Shown: positions 25,901-38,989 of the stretch, in pieces
Position numbering within the stretch: position 1 is the stretch's first letter
Layout of the letters: each line of letters begins with the position of its first letter
Notes under the pieces: model-generated
The model's input: only the letters and a program-made list of their open reading frames with translations
Databases searched by the model: none
Told to the model about the DNA's origin: nothing
Translations under genes and position numbers: made by a program
Assembly (NCBI GenBank): GCA_038496445.1
Contig: JALMLS010000637.1
Span: 124,001 to 188,000, forward strand
Direction of reading: 5' to 3'
Source: Trichosphaerium sp. ATCC 40318
Taxonomy: Eukaryota > Protista > Tubulinea
Length of the DNA stretch: 64,000 nucleotides

Positions 25901-28036
25901 CAAGCTCCAGTACGCCATCAATACCAAAAAATCTGTATAGCAAACTTATCGTGTTGAAGGATTTTTGGTTGCAACAAGGCGACCTGATGGAAGGTATCTT
26001 GTTTGATTTGCCCAAGGCCATGTGGAGCAACTCAAAGGAAGACTCCCTGGAGCAGCTATGTGAAGAAGAGGGATGGTGTGCAAACTCTTTAAAGATAGTC
26101 AAACAGGAAGATGGTAACTGAAATCACTCTATGTATTTTTAACGTTCGTTATGTAGCATTCGTTTGCTTTGATTGCTCAGAAAAGGGATTACTATTATGT
26201 TGGTATTGTTCTAATCAACACGATAGATCACATGTAAGTCACTGAATAATACAGGGTTTAACTTAGTCTAGAATCTTGAACTTATCGAAAACGCTCGAAA
26301 TAAATGTGCATGTATAGATTGTAAACACAGTCTTCGTCCTACAACACCAAATAAGAAATTGGAAAATACTGAAGCAGGTACAAAAAAACCAATATTTAGC
26401 AGTTAACTGACAATACAGGATTAACTAGTAAAATGTCCTGGGATTTAAATCCACGATTACAGTATGCTCACAGCTGGGACAGATCGAAGAACAAGTAAGT
26501 TAGATTATTATCACATGATTTCTGCTAAATTGTTTTACAAAAAAAGGGGTATTGGTGTAAAAGCAACGCATTATAGAACGTTGAACCTTCTTGATCCAAA
26601 TGATACTGTAGCAAAGCGAGAATTGGCGTTTCTTCATCAACAAATGTCAAAGATGCATGGTTATGGTCAATATGATATTGTAGAAGCGCTCCTTGTTTGT
26701 AATGATGTATTGACTCAAAACTTTGGAATGTACAATACGATACTGAAACACAGACATCAGTATGTTGCTTTGCAATATTATTTACTCTTATCGCTATGCA
26801 CTTACAAGTGGTATCTAGAGAACTACCCAAGCTATTTCATAAAGATGATTGGAAGTGTGATCCTCACAAAGAAACTGTTGCAAAGAAATTTTCAGCTCTT
26901 GCTTCCAACAATTGTATTGCTACAAATGAGGAACAGGTGGCTATTACTGAGCGAACATATAATTGTATTTATTCTTTGTGTTAGTTGCCAGTAGTATTAA
27001 TGGTTCATGGAACAAGCCAAGAGGCAGCTTTTAGTATTGTGAAAGCTGGATTTGGAACAGTGAGTAAGTTGGATGGTGGATACTATGGCCAAGGAATCTA
27101 CTTTACAGTATGTGGTTTATTTAATGTCATAATTTACTAATACGCTTTCTTAGAGTAGTATCCAATATGCTTGTGGATATGATACATCTGGTAAAAGCGC
27201 TAAAACACTTGTGTTGACTCTTGTCACACCTGGAAATGCATACCCTGTACGGAAATTATTCTCGAGTATTATTTTATGTGAGTTCTATTACTTTTTATTT
27301 ACACGTGTTACAAAAGGTGACAGAAAAGCCAAGAGATGAAATTAACTTTATGGGCAAACCAATAAAGCCAGGATATCAAAGTCATTATGTGTTGGTGAAT
27401 AAAATAGGAAGAGTATTACCACATAACAGAACTGAAAAGGCAACCTATGATGAGATGGTTGTGGCACAAGGTAACCAATGTAGTCAAATTAAAATACTTA
27501 CACATGAGTATTTAGATGCTCAAGCTGTTGCTCGATATGTTGTCAAGGTAGTGAGAAAACCAAAACAACCAAAAGGTTCTGGAAAGGGTAAAAATAAACA
27601 AGCAAAAACAAACGAAACCAAAAAGGAACAAACACTTTCCGATTCAGACTCTGACGCTTTCTCTGATTCTGATGAAAACTTTATCAATAACAGGTGCAAA
27701 AATACAGAATTGCTCTTATTTACTCACTGTATAAGGCAACTATGGGGCTCAATGCAGCCAAACGAATCTGAAGAACAACCAAGTAAAAATGTTGAGATAG
27801 AAAAATACATTACTGAAGAACCAATTGTTACTGACATAGTTGAGATAACAGAAAACAAAGAGCAACCTAAACCGCTCAGTACAAGTGATGATACACTCAA
27901 ACTAGAAGCAATAAAGCAAGCAAACTTAAAGTTACAAAATAACAAAAACAAAATAGACGAACTGAAGAAAGCCATCTTACGATTAGAAAAGACCAATGCA
28001 AGTATAATGGACGAAATTACCGATCTCAACAAGTAG
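22934..28036 (+). CDS. Ankyrin array (16 repeats + cap) - Cys/His zinc finger (UBR-box-like) - PARP-type ADP-ribosyltransferase - coiled coil; paralog A
   Basis: 99-nt ankyrin exons at 23215-25470; C..C...CFDC...CWYC...H..H...CAC..C; catalytic VHGTS...GF...DGGYYGQGIYFT|SSIQYACGY...YDEMVV (H-Y-E triad). Confidence 0.88.
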
Positions 28037-28822
28037 ATGTATCATCCAGATATCTCTTCAACAATAGTTTCTTGTTAAATTTACAGTATAGTCGTGGTTT
28101 ATTTCTCATAATTGTACTGACACATTAATAAATGGTTGACGTCATTTAAAAGACTAAAAAAGTAAGAAAATAATGAGAATGATAAGTTCAAGGCTCATTG
28201 CTATGAACCCTACTACTGAGCTTAATTACTGTTATAACTGTAGCTTGGTCAGATAGATACACCATCAAAGGAATTTCACAAAAAGATATTGCTACCAGGT
28301 GGTCATTACATAGCTTTGGCGCATCAAGACAGAATTTGGGTACTGAGATCAGTTCAGAATTTTTACATGATAAGTGCTCATGGTACTTTTTTACAAATAT
28401 GATAACACGATAAATCCGTTTTCTTTTGTACACCTAATACCAAAACAAAAAAAATAGACCATGGTTGAGTGTCCGACTGGTTAGTCAGTTGGTTTGACCT
28501 CCCTTGGGTCGTTGGTAGTCATTTCGAATGTCTTTAAACATTGTAGTCTCCGGTAAAAACTTCGCCGCCTGGACCAGGTTGGGACCCTGGTTCGTCTCCT
28601 ACAAACCCCTGGAACTCAGTTGAGCTTCCTAAAAAATAATACATATAAATAATACGATAAAAGCACAGGGCGGAAGGTCACTCCTTCACTGTTACGGTCC
28701 ATCTGGTACGGTCTGTAAGGACTCAATGCCAAATAGTTAACCTAACAAACTACTAATGTCCATCTCTTAAAACCCTAACCCTACATAGACTGTGGACTCT
28801 TAAAAATAATAGCGCTATTTAT

Positions 28823-29850
28823 TTACAGGTTGTATTTTGAGTCTGCATCCTCAAGTAGTTGGTTACCAGTTATCTCAAAGTATTTGGTTTTGCAACTCCA
28901 AATGAAAAGCCAGTGAGCTGTTGTAGGTTGTTTAAAATAGTCTTCATTGCAGCCATTGTTGCCAAGTAAAGTCAATAATATCATATCCAGGAAATGCTTT
29001 AACAAACACACAGTGAACAAAGTAATAGTGAGTGCAATGTACACTACAAAACTTACAAAACTTGAGTTTGCACTGTGTCCCTGTTAGCAATTTAGACAAC
29101 CGCCTTCTTGCAGTCTTTTTACGGGTTTGGGCAAGGCCTCTCAAAAATGTAAGAGTAACTGATGGAATTCCAAAAAGACAGTTAAATGACTTGTATTCAC
29201 TCATACAAACCTCTTGGTGTATTTCAGTGTCTCCATTTTCAATAGCATTCTTGAGCCTTCGAATAGCAATATACCTACAATGAGGGTCAGGGACTCAAAA
29301 ACACTACAAAAGGACCAGGGACTCATAAAAACACCCTTGTCTCAACAAAACTGGTCCCAAAAAAAAAATAATAATAAATAACTTACATGGTCTTGTCTGA
29401 TTCATTTGCATGCTCTTCATAAACATGTCTAACCATTTGTCCGAATGTAGAGAATCCTGTATTGCAGATGAAGCATGATGGGTACAATCTAGTATATCCA
29501 GGTACATCAGAGAGAGATATGAGAGCAGGAGGAAGGTCATATTCTGATTTGCAAAATTCAGGAAATTCAGCCAACTTGGCCAAGAGCGCATCACCCTCAA
29601 GACCTGAATCATTCTCCTTGATGTTGCTAATGTAAGTGCAGGCAACATTGGCGCAGCTACCAAGGCAATTGTTCTTTAGCTTCAACACACCTACAGTGTG
29701 GGTCAATATAGTACGCTTGAGTTGTGGAGATGGACTTGTTTCCCAAAAAGTAGACCTAACTCTAGACCGAGTCCGTGATAAGTCCGTTTATAACTGTGAG
29801 CCAATATTATACTTACGACCCTCGGACTGTGGTCTCTGTGTAATTACTCT
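28823..29850 (-). other. Possible C2H2 zinc-finger gene or transposon-derived fragment between the two PARP paralogs
   Basis: CFICNTGFSTFGQMVRHVYEEH (C2H2), then an intron and a Cys-rich exon; the reading frame is not cleanly complete. Confidence 0.45.
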
Positions 29851-30085
29851 AAAACGTGAGATCAAATAAGCGAAAATAGCGTTTTTTAATACCTCGCACC
29901 AGCGCTGTTCTGTGTAATAGCGTAATTTCGTCAATAACCTCACCTAAAGCGTAATCACTCTAAAACACGTGATTGATTATGTAAAAATAAGCGCTTTAGT
30001 ACCTTGAACTAGCGCTATTATGTATAAGAGCGTAATGTGCCATATCACACCTAAAGTGTTTAAATTTTACTCTGGGCACTAGCGC
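29845..30085. repeat. Degenerate tandem repeat, about 110-bp period, 2+ copies
   Basis: ACTCTAAAAC at 29846 and 29957; AGCGCT..AGCGTAAT..CACCTAAAG at about 29900-29950 and 30010-30056. Confidence 0.65.
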
Positions 30086-30382
30086 TCAGCAAACAACATA
30101 ATTTTATTGTGTGTCCTTCTTGATTGATATTTTTTTTTGAGGTCTGACAAGGTTGTATTTTGAGTCTTTGGGTCCTTCAAGTAGTTGGTGTCCTAGTCAT
30201 ATATATACACGTGGAAGATTGGTTTGGTGCAACTCCAAATGTCAACCCTTAGTGAGCACCAATGTAGGCTCGCTTAAGAATGGGTCAGTCCCAACGCGTA
30301 GACAAATAAAAGTAAAGTAAAGTAACAAAAAAAAATTGTGACCTGAACATACCTGTAGCCCTACCTCTGGTGATCTGATGGT

Positions 30383-31200
30383 ACTCATTTTGTTTCAAAT
30401 TGGTTTGTACCACAGCATAGCCTTGCCACGGAGTACCTGACGGGCAAACTGCTTTTTTAATTGGTTCACTTTGTACTGAGTAGTTTATAAAACACTCCAA
30501 ATACCTCCATAACCTCTACAAACCATCTCCATACGCGTTTTTGCGTATATATGGGCTTATAAAATACATACAACGGTATTTAGAAGTGCAACGACGAATT
30601 CCATTCCGAACCAACCCTTGAAATAAAAAAACGCCTTGAACACGTGCTATATGTTATGTATACACTAACACGGTTATTTATACGCGTATGGCGTTAGTTA
30701 CTCACAGGATATCCGCGAAAATAGATGCAACCTCATGACAACGCTAAACTCAGTCCAACAAGACAGTCAATTGTTTATTGGGGTACTACACGCTTCTTAG
30801 TATGTATCAAAGGCGATTAAACGAACAAAGTAGATGATTTAGGTGAACTTGATTTAACGTGCGTGAAAACTTGCTATAGAGCTAGCTACGCATATTAACA
30901 AGTACGGAAACGATAAAAACGAAAGTTAAACTCTATAAGCGATACATGGGAAAAAAAAAGCGTGGTCACGTTTTTCGACACGAAACGTCATTGAGTAGGG
31001 GTAAAAAAGCTGAGGACTTTATTTTCGACACTTACACTATGATGCTGTTGTTTTCGCAGCGTAACCAGTGCTTATGGAAGAAAACACCTGAAACGTCACC
31101 TACCATCCCAAAATGATAACACTACCGTTGAACGCACCTACTTTTGTACGAGTGCTTTTACTTCCATTCGTGACGCGTAGAAATGTTAGTTTATGTCACA
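30383..31200 (+). repeat. Dispersed repeat, copy 1 (second copy at about 45750-46290)
   Basis: TACCACAGCATAGCCTTGCCACGGAGTACCTGACG is identical in both copies; GAAACGTCACCTACC..CCAAAATGATA and intervening blocks are shared in the same order. Confidence 0.8.
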
Positions 31201-31396
31201 CAGCACCGTTAGATACCCATTAAAAGTTTTTGAGCGTCTAAAATATGTATCAATATGTATACTCGCTCCTGGACAACTAGTACATTGTTGCTACAGACTG
31301 TATGTGGAACGCGTTATTGTGAAACGGAAAATCCTTTCGCGAAACTAATTTGAACGTTTGTGAGCTGGCAACATATTTAAGCCACTTGCATACACA

Positions 31397-34300
31397 ATGG
31401 ATCAAGCTTGTAGTGACAAAACGAAACAATTAGCAGGTACGCGATAATAACGCTATCACGTGATAATTATTATTTACGCACTAGCTGAATTGCCTCAACT
31501 TCAAAAACTGTATAGTCACATTACAACAGGTACGATACGCTTATTACGCTTCTTTCTTTGTTAAAAAATCCTGTTTGAAGTAAATGAACTCAAGAAAAGC
31601 CTTCAGAAACGAGAAGAGATTGCCAACAATATTATATTGTATTCTGGTATGAACTTCACAGCGAGTGTTAAATATTAATCCCTAGCTAAGCAAAACGTGG
31701 GCTATGTAATATTTTGACGCTATGTATACGTGCTGGAGTGACTATCGAAGCAGCAGATGAAAATGAATTGTACCTGGATGGACACCTTTACTTCATGCTG
31801 GTAAATAACTTTGTATTATTACAATAAGTACTAATGTTGTCAAGCGCGTCATGGACATGACAAAGCAGTTGCTTTATTGCTCGAATCAGGTGCAAACATC
31901 GAAGTTGTACCTACTGACGACGAAGGATGTACAGCTATAGTTCACGCAGCAAGATATGGTCACAGTAAAGTGGTTGCAATATTGATAAAATGTCGAGCAA
32001 ATATTGAAGCCGCTGGTGATGATAGATGGACGGCTTTACATTATGCAGGTAACCAAGTTGATGTATATATGCCTATAATGTATCTTAGCAACTAATGGTC
32101 ACAACAAAATCGTGGAAATACTAATCAAAGCCAGTGCAAACATTGAAGCTGTCTCTTCAGATGGATGTACTCCTTTACTTTCAGCAGGTAGTTATACACC
32201 TTAACGTAATACTCACCCCTAGCAGTTTCAGAAGAACACAACACAATAGTTACAACGTTACTCAAAGCAGGTGCAGATCCTAAAGTTTTGGATAATGATG
32301 GTTGGAATGCTTTATTTCATGCAGGTAAGTTTGATTTAGATATCTCGATAATTTAACTTTGTTTTAGCTTATACCGGAGATAACAAAATTATCGCAACTC
32401 TTATCGAATCAGGTGTAAAAGTTGAAGTAGCAGATAAAAAAGGGACTACAGCGTTATTTCAAGCAGGTATTGTAATATCTTGATGCTTTTGTTTATGGTG
32501 ATTAGCCAAATATGGAAATAGGCGAGCAGTCACTACATTAATCGAAGCAGGTGCAATTGTTGATGTGACAGATAATAACGGACTTACTCCACTGATTGTT
32601 GCAGGTAATTATGATCATAAGTATGACTGTAACCCTTTTTAGTACTTGATGGCAACAGCAAAGTTGTTGCGACGTTGATAAAATCAGGAGCTAGCCTTGA
32701 AGTTGTAGATAAAGATGGATGCACTCCTTTAATTCTTGCGGGTAGCGGGAACCTCAAAGTATAAACATGACTCTATTGTAGCTTCTCATGGACACGGTAA
32801 AGTAGTTGGTGTGTTAGTTGAAGCAGGTGCTAACATTGAAGTTGTTGATAACAATAATGCAACTACTTTAATTCTTGCAGGTATTTTGACTTTACAAGTA
32901 ATACAAATGAACTCACGACTTCTAGCTGCTAAAGGGAATAACAAAGTGGTATCGATATTACTTAAAGCACGTGTAAATATTGAGGCTGTTGATAACAGTG
33001 GATGGACAGCCATTATGCACGCAGGTATTGGCTAGTATTGCAATCAAACGTAACTGTTACTGATGTAACGTAGCTTATGATGGACACAACCACGTCGTAT
33101 CTATGTTAATTGAATCAAGTGCTAACATTGAAGCTGCGAACGCTGATGGGCTAACAGCATTACATGTTGCAGGTAGCTTGTTGTGACTTAACAAAGACGC
33201 TAACATGTTTTATAGCTTCTAAAGGACACAGCATAGTAGTTTCAACTTTATTGCAATCAGGCGCCGATATTGAAGCTGTTGATAAGAGGAGACGCACACC
33301 GTTAGTTGTAGCAGCCTCAAATGGTAACAAGAAAGTGGTATCATTGTTAATTAGATCACGTGCCAATATTGAGGCCAAAACAAGCGATGGATGTACTCCT
33401 ATACAATGCGCAGGTAGTGCAGAGTTGATTATGTTATTTTCTAACTCATGATAGCTTATGATGGTCACTATAACGTTGTTACAGTGTTATTAGAATCGGG
33501 TACAAACGTAGAAGCAACTAATGACAAAGGATGGACGGCTTTAATGCTAGCAGGTAAGGGTTTTTTTTCTTCTTTCTGTAAAATGAATAAATTACATTAT
33601 TAGCTTGTCGAGGACATCATAAAGTTATTACTAAGCTTATTAAATCATGTGCAAACATTGAAGCTGCTGACGAAAATGGAAATACAGCTATACACATTGC
33701 GGGTACACTTCAGTTATAATGTACAATAATATCTAACAGTTCTTAGCTAAACATGGTCATAATCGGGTTTTACTCACTTTGTTGAAAGCGACTGGATGCA
33801 CTCTACAAATCACAAGCAAACAATGGTCACTTGCATTTAATGAGATAATAGTTCATGTTGTTGATAATGATTCTTCATTTGTCAATGTATTTGAAACTAT
33901 TCTCGCACGTTTTCCAAATGATGAACAATGTCGTTCGATGTGGCTATCATGTGGTCATAAAGAGGAAACCCCAAACTGGAGACTCAACCTTGCCAAATGG
34001 TTGCAACACTTGGTATGCTATCTACTTTACATCAAAGTGTTGACTAATCAAAACACAAGCCAACACGTTCATATTTTAAACTTGCGATGCAAAAGGGTAT
34101 TTGTAATCTCATCTGTACCTTTGACCCAATGGTTGTACAAGCGCCAGTATGTCACAAACAGTATAACAAGACATAACGTTTTCAAAGGACTTTTGGCAAC
34201 ACCAAGGAGACCTGATGGAAGGCATTCTGTGTGACTTGCCTGAGGATATGTGGACACATAACAAAGAATTAAGCTCTGCTGAAGATATATGCGCAGAAGA

Positions 34301-36339
34301 GGGATGGTGTACAAATTCATTGAAGTTAACTTGTCATGAAGATGGTACTATTGAACCACACAAACATGTTTTAACCTCTTTTGTAGCATATGTTTGTTTT
34401 GATTGTTCAGACAAAGAATTGATTTTATGTTGGACTTGTCGTCATCAACATGATAAAACACATGTACAAAGTGCTACTGTAATATACAATCTATTTAATT
34501 GAATGTATAGAACACTGAAAGTCGCGCGGATGTTCTATATAAATGTGCATGTCTAGATTGTAAACACAGTCTTCGTCCTACAACACCAAATAAGAAATTG
34601 GAAAATACTGAAGCAGGTACAAACAGACATATTTACCAGTTAACTGACACAATACAGGATTAACTAGTAAGATGTCCTGGGATTTAAATCCACGATTACA
34701 GTATGCTCACAGCTGGGACAGATCGAAAAACAAGTAAGTTAGATTATTATCACATGATTTCTGCTAAATTGTTTTACAAAAAAAGGGGTATTGGTGTAAA
34801 AGCAACGCATTATAGAACGTTGAACCTTCTTGATCCAAATGATACTGTAGCAAAGCGAGAATTGGCATTTCTTCATCGACAAATGTCAAAGATGCATGGT
34901 TATGGTCAATATGATATTGTAGAAGCGCTCCTTGTTTGTAATGATGTATTGACTCAAAACTTTGGAATGTACAATACGATACTGAAACACAGACATCAGT
35001 ATGTTGCTTTGCAATATTATTTACTCTTATCGCTATGCACTTACAAGTGGTATCTAGAGAACTACCCAAGCTATTTCATAAAGATGATTGGAAGTATGAT
35101 CCTCACAAAGAAACTGTGGCAGAGAAATTTTCAGCTTTCAGACAGAAAAATAGTATGAGAGTCAAAAACATGGCAGCGCAGGTACGTTCTAGATAACCTT
35201 TCTTGCTACCAACCTTTTTGTTAGTTGCCAGTTGTATTAATGGTTCATGGAACAAGCCAAGAGGCAGCTTTTAGTATTGTGAAAGCTGGATTTGGAACAG
35301 TGAGTAAGTTGGACGGTGGATACTATGGCCAAGGAATCTACTTTACAGTATGTGGTTTAACAATATCATTTACTTATCTGTTACCTCAGAGTAGCATCAC
35401 ATATGCTTGTGGATATGATACATCTGGTAACGCTGCCAAAACACTTGTGTTGACTCTTGTCACACCTGGAAATGCATACCCTGTACGGAAATTATTCTCG
35501 AGTATTATTTTATGTGAGTTCTATTACTTTTTATTTACACGTGTTACAAAAGGTGACAGAAAAGCCAAGAGATGAAATTAACTTTATGGGCAAACCAATA
35601 AAGCCAGGGTATCAAAGTCATTATGTGTTGGTGAATAAAATAGGAAGAGTATTACCACATAACAGAACTGAAAAGGCAACCTATGATGAGATGGTTGTGG
35701 CACAAGGTAACCAATGTAGTCAAATTAAAATACTTACACATGAGTATTTAGATGCTCAAGCTGTTGCTCGATATGTTGTCAAGGTAGTGAGAAAACCAAA
35801 ACAACCAAAAGGTTCTGGAAAGGGTAAAAATAAACAAGCAAAAACAAACGAAACCAAAAAGGAACAAACACTTTCCGATTCAGACTCTGACGCTTTCTCT
35901 GATTCTGATGAAAACTTTATCAACAACAGGTACAACAAATGTACAAATTGTTCACATTTACTTACTATTTTTGGAGGCAACTATGGGCCTCGATGAAGCC
36001 AAATGAACCTGAAGAACAACCAAGTAATAATGGTAAGATTGAACAAAAACATTTCTTCGAAAACTAAGTGTTAATGAAGAAAAAGAGCAACCTAAAACAC
36101 TCAGTACAAGTGATGGCACAGCCAAGCTAGAAGCAATAAAGCAAACCAAGCTAAATCTACAGGTTTCAAACCACTTAAACCGGCCTGAAGAAGAACAAAG
36201 CGTACACGATAAGCTTGAGCATGCCTTGAAAGAAAACGAAGAATTGAAACAAGCTTACCTAAGACTACAAGCAAAGAATGCTGAGATGGAGAAGAATAAC
36301 ACCAAACTGCAGGCCACGATTGCTCAATTTAAGAAGTAG
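31397..36339 (+). CDS. Ankyrin array (15 repeats + cap) - zinc finger - PARP-type ADP-ribosyltransferase - coiled coil; paralog B (one ankyrin exon frameshifted)
   Basis: Same architecture as paralog A with a near-identical catalytic region; first ankyrin exon 31691-31800 is 110 nt instead of 99. Confidence 0.82.
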
Positions 36340-37277
36340 GCAGAATGTAGGGGCTTTACTGCGATGTTTCAATAGCACTGAGATGCTTGTTTAACTCTTC
36401 AAAATTAGCAACTACATCACAAACACGCGATAGAGTGTAAACAATTAAATAATTTTGTTTCACGATCCATCTAGTATGATTTTATTTACAAGAAAGCACT
36501 TGGGTTAAAAAAAAAAGACTTCGTGATGACATTAAACTACACTTTTTTTACAAGCTTCGCTATATAGAGACTTTGAGATAGACACCTTCACTGTATGATA
36601 ATGAGTCTTAATGTACCTAGTAAAAGCATTAATAAAGTAAGAATTGTCTTCTGTCCAAGCTTTGATTTGAAACGGTAAAATGAATATCTCATGGGTGTGG
36701 TCACCTCAACAAGAGATAATCTACCGTTTACTAAAGGCCCTAATCTTCCCAAAGGATCAGTGTCATAATTAGGGAAAAGAGTAGTAACTTTCAAGATCTG
36801 TACTCTGCTTAGAGCGCAGGGTTGAATGCAATTTGTTTTGTGGAGAACTACGGAGAAAGACTAATACGAGACTTTAAACTACAAGCTATTAAACAGTACT
36901 ACACTGGTAACGGTAACACCATAAGGTTTCAAAACCCGAAAATTACACTTGTACTTGGAGTTGGCCGATTGGCTCGAAGTCACAGTTTTCGTATAGCACA
37001 ATCACACGAAGCTAACGCCACTGTTCTTTTTGTTACACAACAGATAAAACTCACTTCGTACAAGGATGAAATCAATGAAACAACTTTAGCACGTGACCAT
37101 TTTAAATACTACCGAAACAATACCTGGCTAGTGCGTCATGTTTTAATATGTCTTAATTGAATTCTACCTACTGGCATTCTTGTGCATACAAACTGATGTT
37201 CACGTTAGTGAACTTAAAGAAAAACATTCACAAACCCACAACTTAAACATGTGATTGTTAAACTGACGTTCATTCTG

Positions 37278-38681
37278 ATGCAAAGCATGTCTGAAGCAAG
37301 TTTAAATAAGAAAACCAAGGTAGACATTGTATTGAATGATTGTCATCATTTGATGTCGTTGATGCCCGAGATACATTGGAGGATACTATCATTTTTGTGC
37401 ATAAACGATTCCATAATATGGAGAGCCATTAACAAGTATTTCATGGCACGCAAAGGGCTTTTTTTTACAAAAAAACTCATTACGATTGTTAAAATTGCTT
37501 GAAGGTTCTAACCATTAAAATAGTCCATCAACAAAAGCGAAGGATTCTGGAGACAAATATGCGCTTATATGTTTCCGAGTATTGTACCTCGTAGAGCTAC
37601 TCCTGTTGTAGGTACTACCCAGTTTATCGAATTGGAGTTTGGTCCTTCGCCAGACTCAACAATTTGTTCTCGTATCATGTGCTACAATTTACATAGAACA
37701 GGTTGGAGGCAACACATTCTAGATCGGTAAGAATAGTTATCACGTGGTTCAACCTAATTCACGTTTTTTTTTATTCTTTTCTTCCTAATAGCTTTAGGCT
37801 ATCTCTGCAACTTACTACTGAACAAAAAGAGGCCTATTCAAGTGATGACGAACCAGAACAAGACTACAGATGTTTTGATGGTCCACTATCATCAGAATAC
37901 GTAGGCAATCTTTAAGCTCCATGATTTACTAATTTCTTGTAGCTTTGTCTCATGAGAAATCCTAGTTACCGAATAGACAGTGAGGACTTTACTTTAAATT
38001 TAACTGAAAAAATGAGATTTCTAGAAGGTAGCTTGAACAACAGTAAGGAGGGTTATCATAAAAGTACTCCAAAAAAAACAACGTAGGAGAATACCATGTT
38101 AACATTCATAGTACTTGCCCTTGAAGTTTTTCATGAGAATGAAGCTGCAGTTACTGAATTCAGATGGTTCTTTTATGATTCAGGAGGCCGTACCTCTTAT
38201 GGACAACGAAAATACGAACATTTCTCGCTTGTCATAACACGTAATCTCGTTTTTTTCTTCAAAACATGTTAACATTTTCTAGGATGCGGAGTTACTACAA
38301 CAGTATTTAATTATGAATTATCCAGAAGGGGTGTTGCTACCTTTCATGCGAGTGTTAGTGCTCACAAAAAAGTTTGTAAGATACTTGGTCTTGAGAAACT
38401 GTCTCATGAGTGCGTAGGTATTAGTTTTCTACAGTGTTAATAGTACTAAGGCGCATGTTCGACCTTCTCCATAGTATTGGTATGCGTAACATGCATTGCT
38501 CATGTCGCCCTGTAAAGTGCTATCCTCGTAGATGTCCACGTTTCTGTTCTCCTTTGTGGGTCCATACTCTCGATGATGTGAAATTCAAACAAGAAGATGC
38601 GGTGGATAAAGCAAGAAGAAAAAATACCATGATTTACCGTGGAAGAGATATTTTCAACACTTATTTTGGTCGATATGGATA
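37278..38681 (+). CDS. F-box protein with unrecognised C-terminal domain
   Basis: LMSLMPEIHWRILSFLCINDSIIWRAINKYFM|SINKSEGFWRQIC; GC-AG first intron; C-terminal CSCRPVKCYPRRCPRFC. Confidence 0.75.
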
Positions 38682-38989
38682 AAACGTATGCTCATGAAAT
38701 TTCCAGTCTTGCTTAATCATTTAATCATAGCGTAAAGTTAGAATTACTCCTAGGTTAGAACCAACATACAAAGACAAGTTACTGTACAGGGTTTGGAGGA
38801 AGACTTACGTCTCGGTGGCTCGTATAGTAACACAACATTGCGACTCAAAAAAAGACAATAAGAAATACCCACGTGCTATCAAAATAAACTTCAAGTATTC
38901 AGAACTGCAAATGTAATATTACACAGTACTTTGTTTATGTACATTAAGTTTCAAGAAAACATTAAGAATTTGTTTAGATTGGTTACTGG

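Noticed and set aside
27724-28032. Antisense ORFs over real genes (also 3218-3439, 26525-26830, 44510-44782 and others)
   Set aside because: Shadow frames of coding exons on the opposite strand.
28771-28783. Telomere or chromosome end
   Set aside because: Only about two CCCTAA units, internal to the window.
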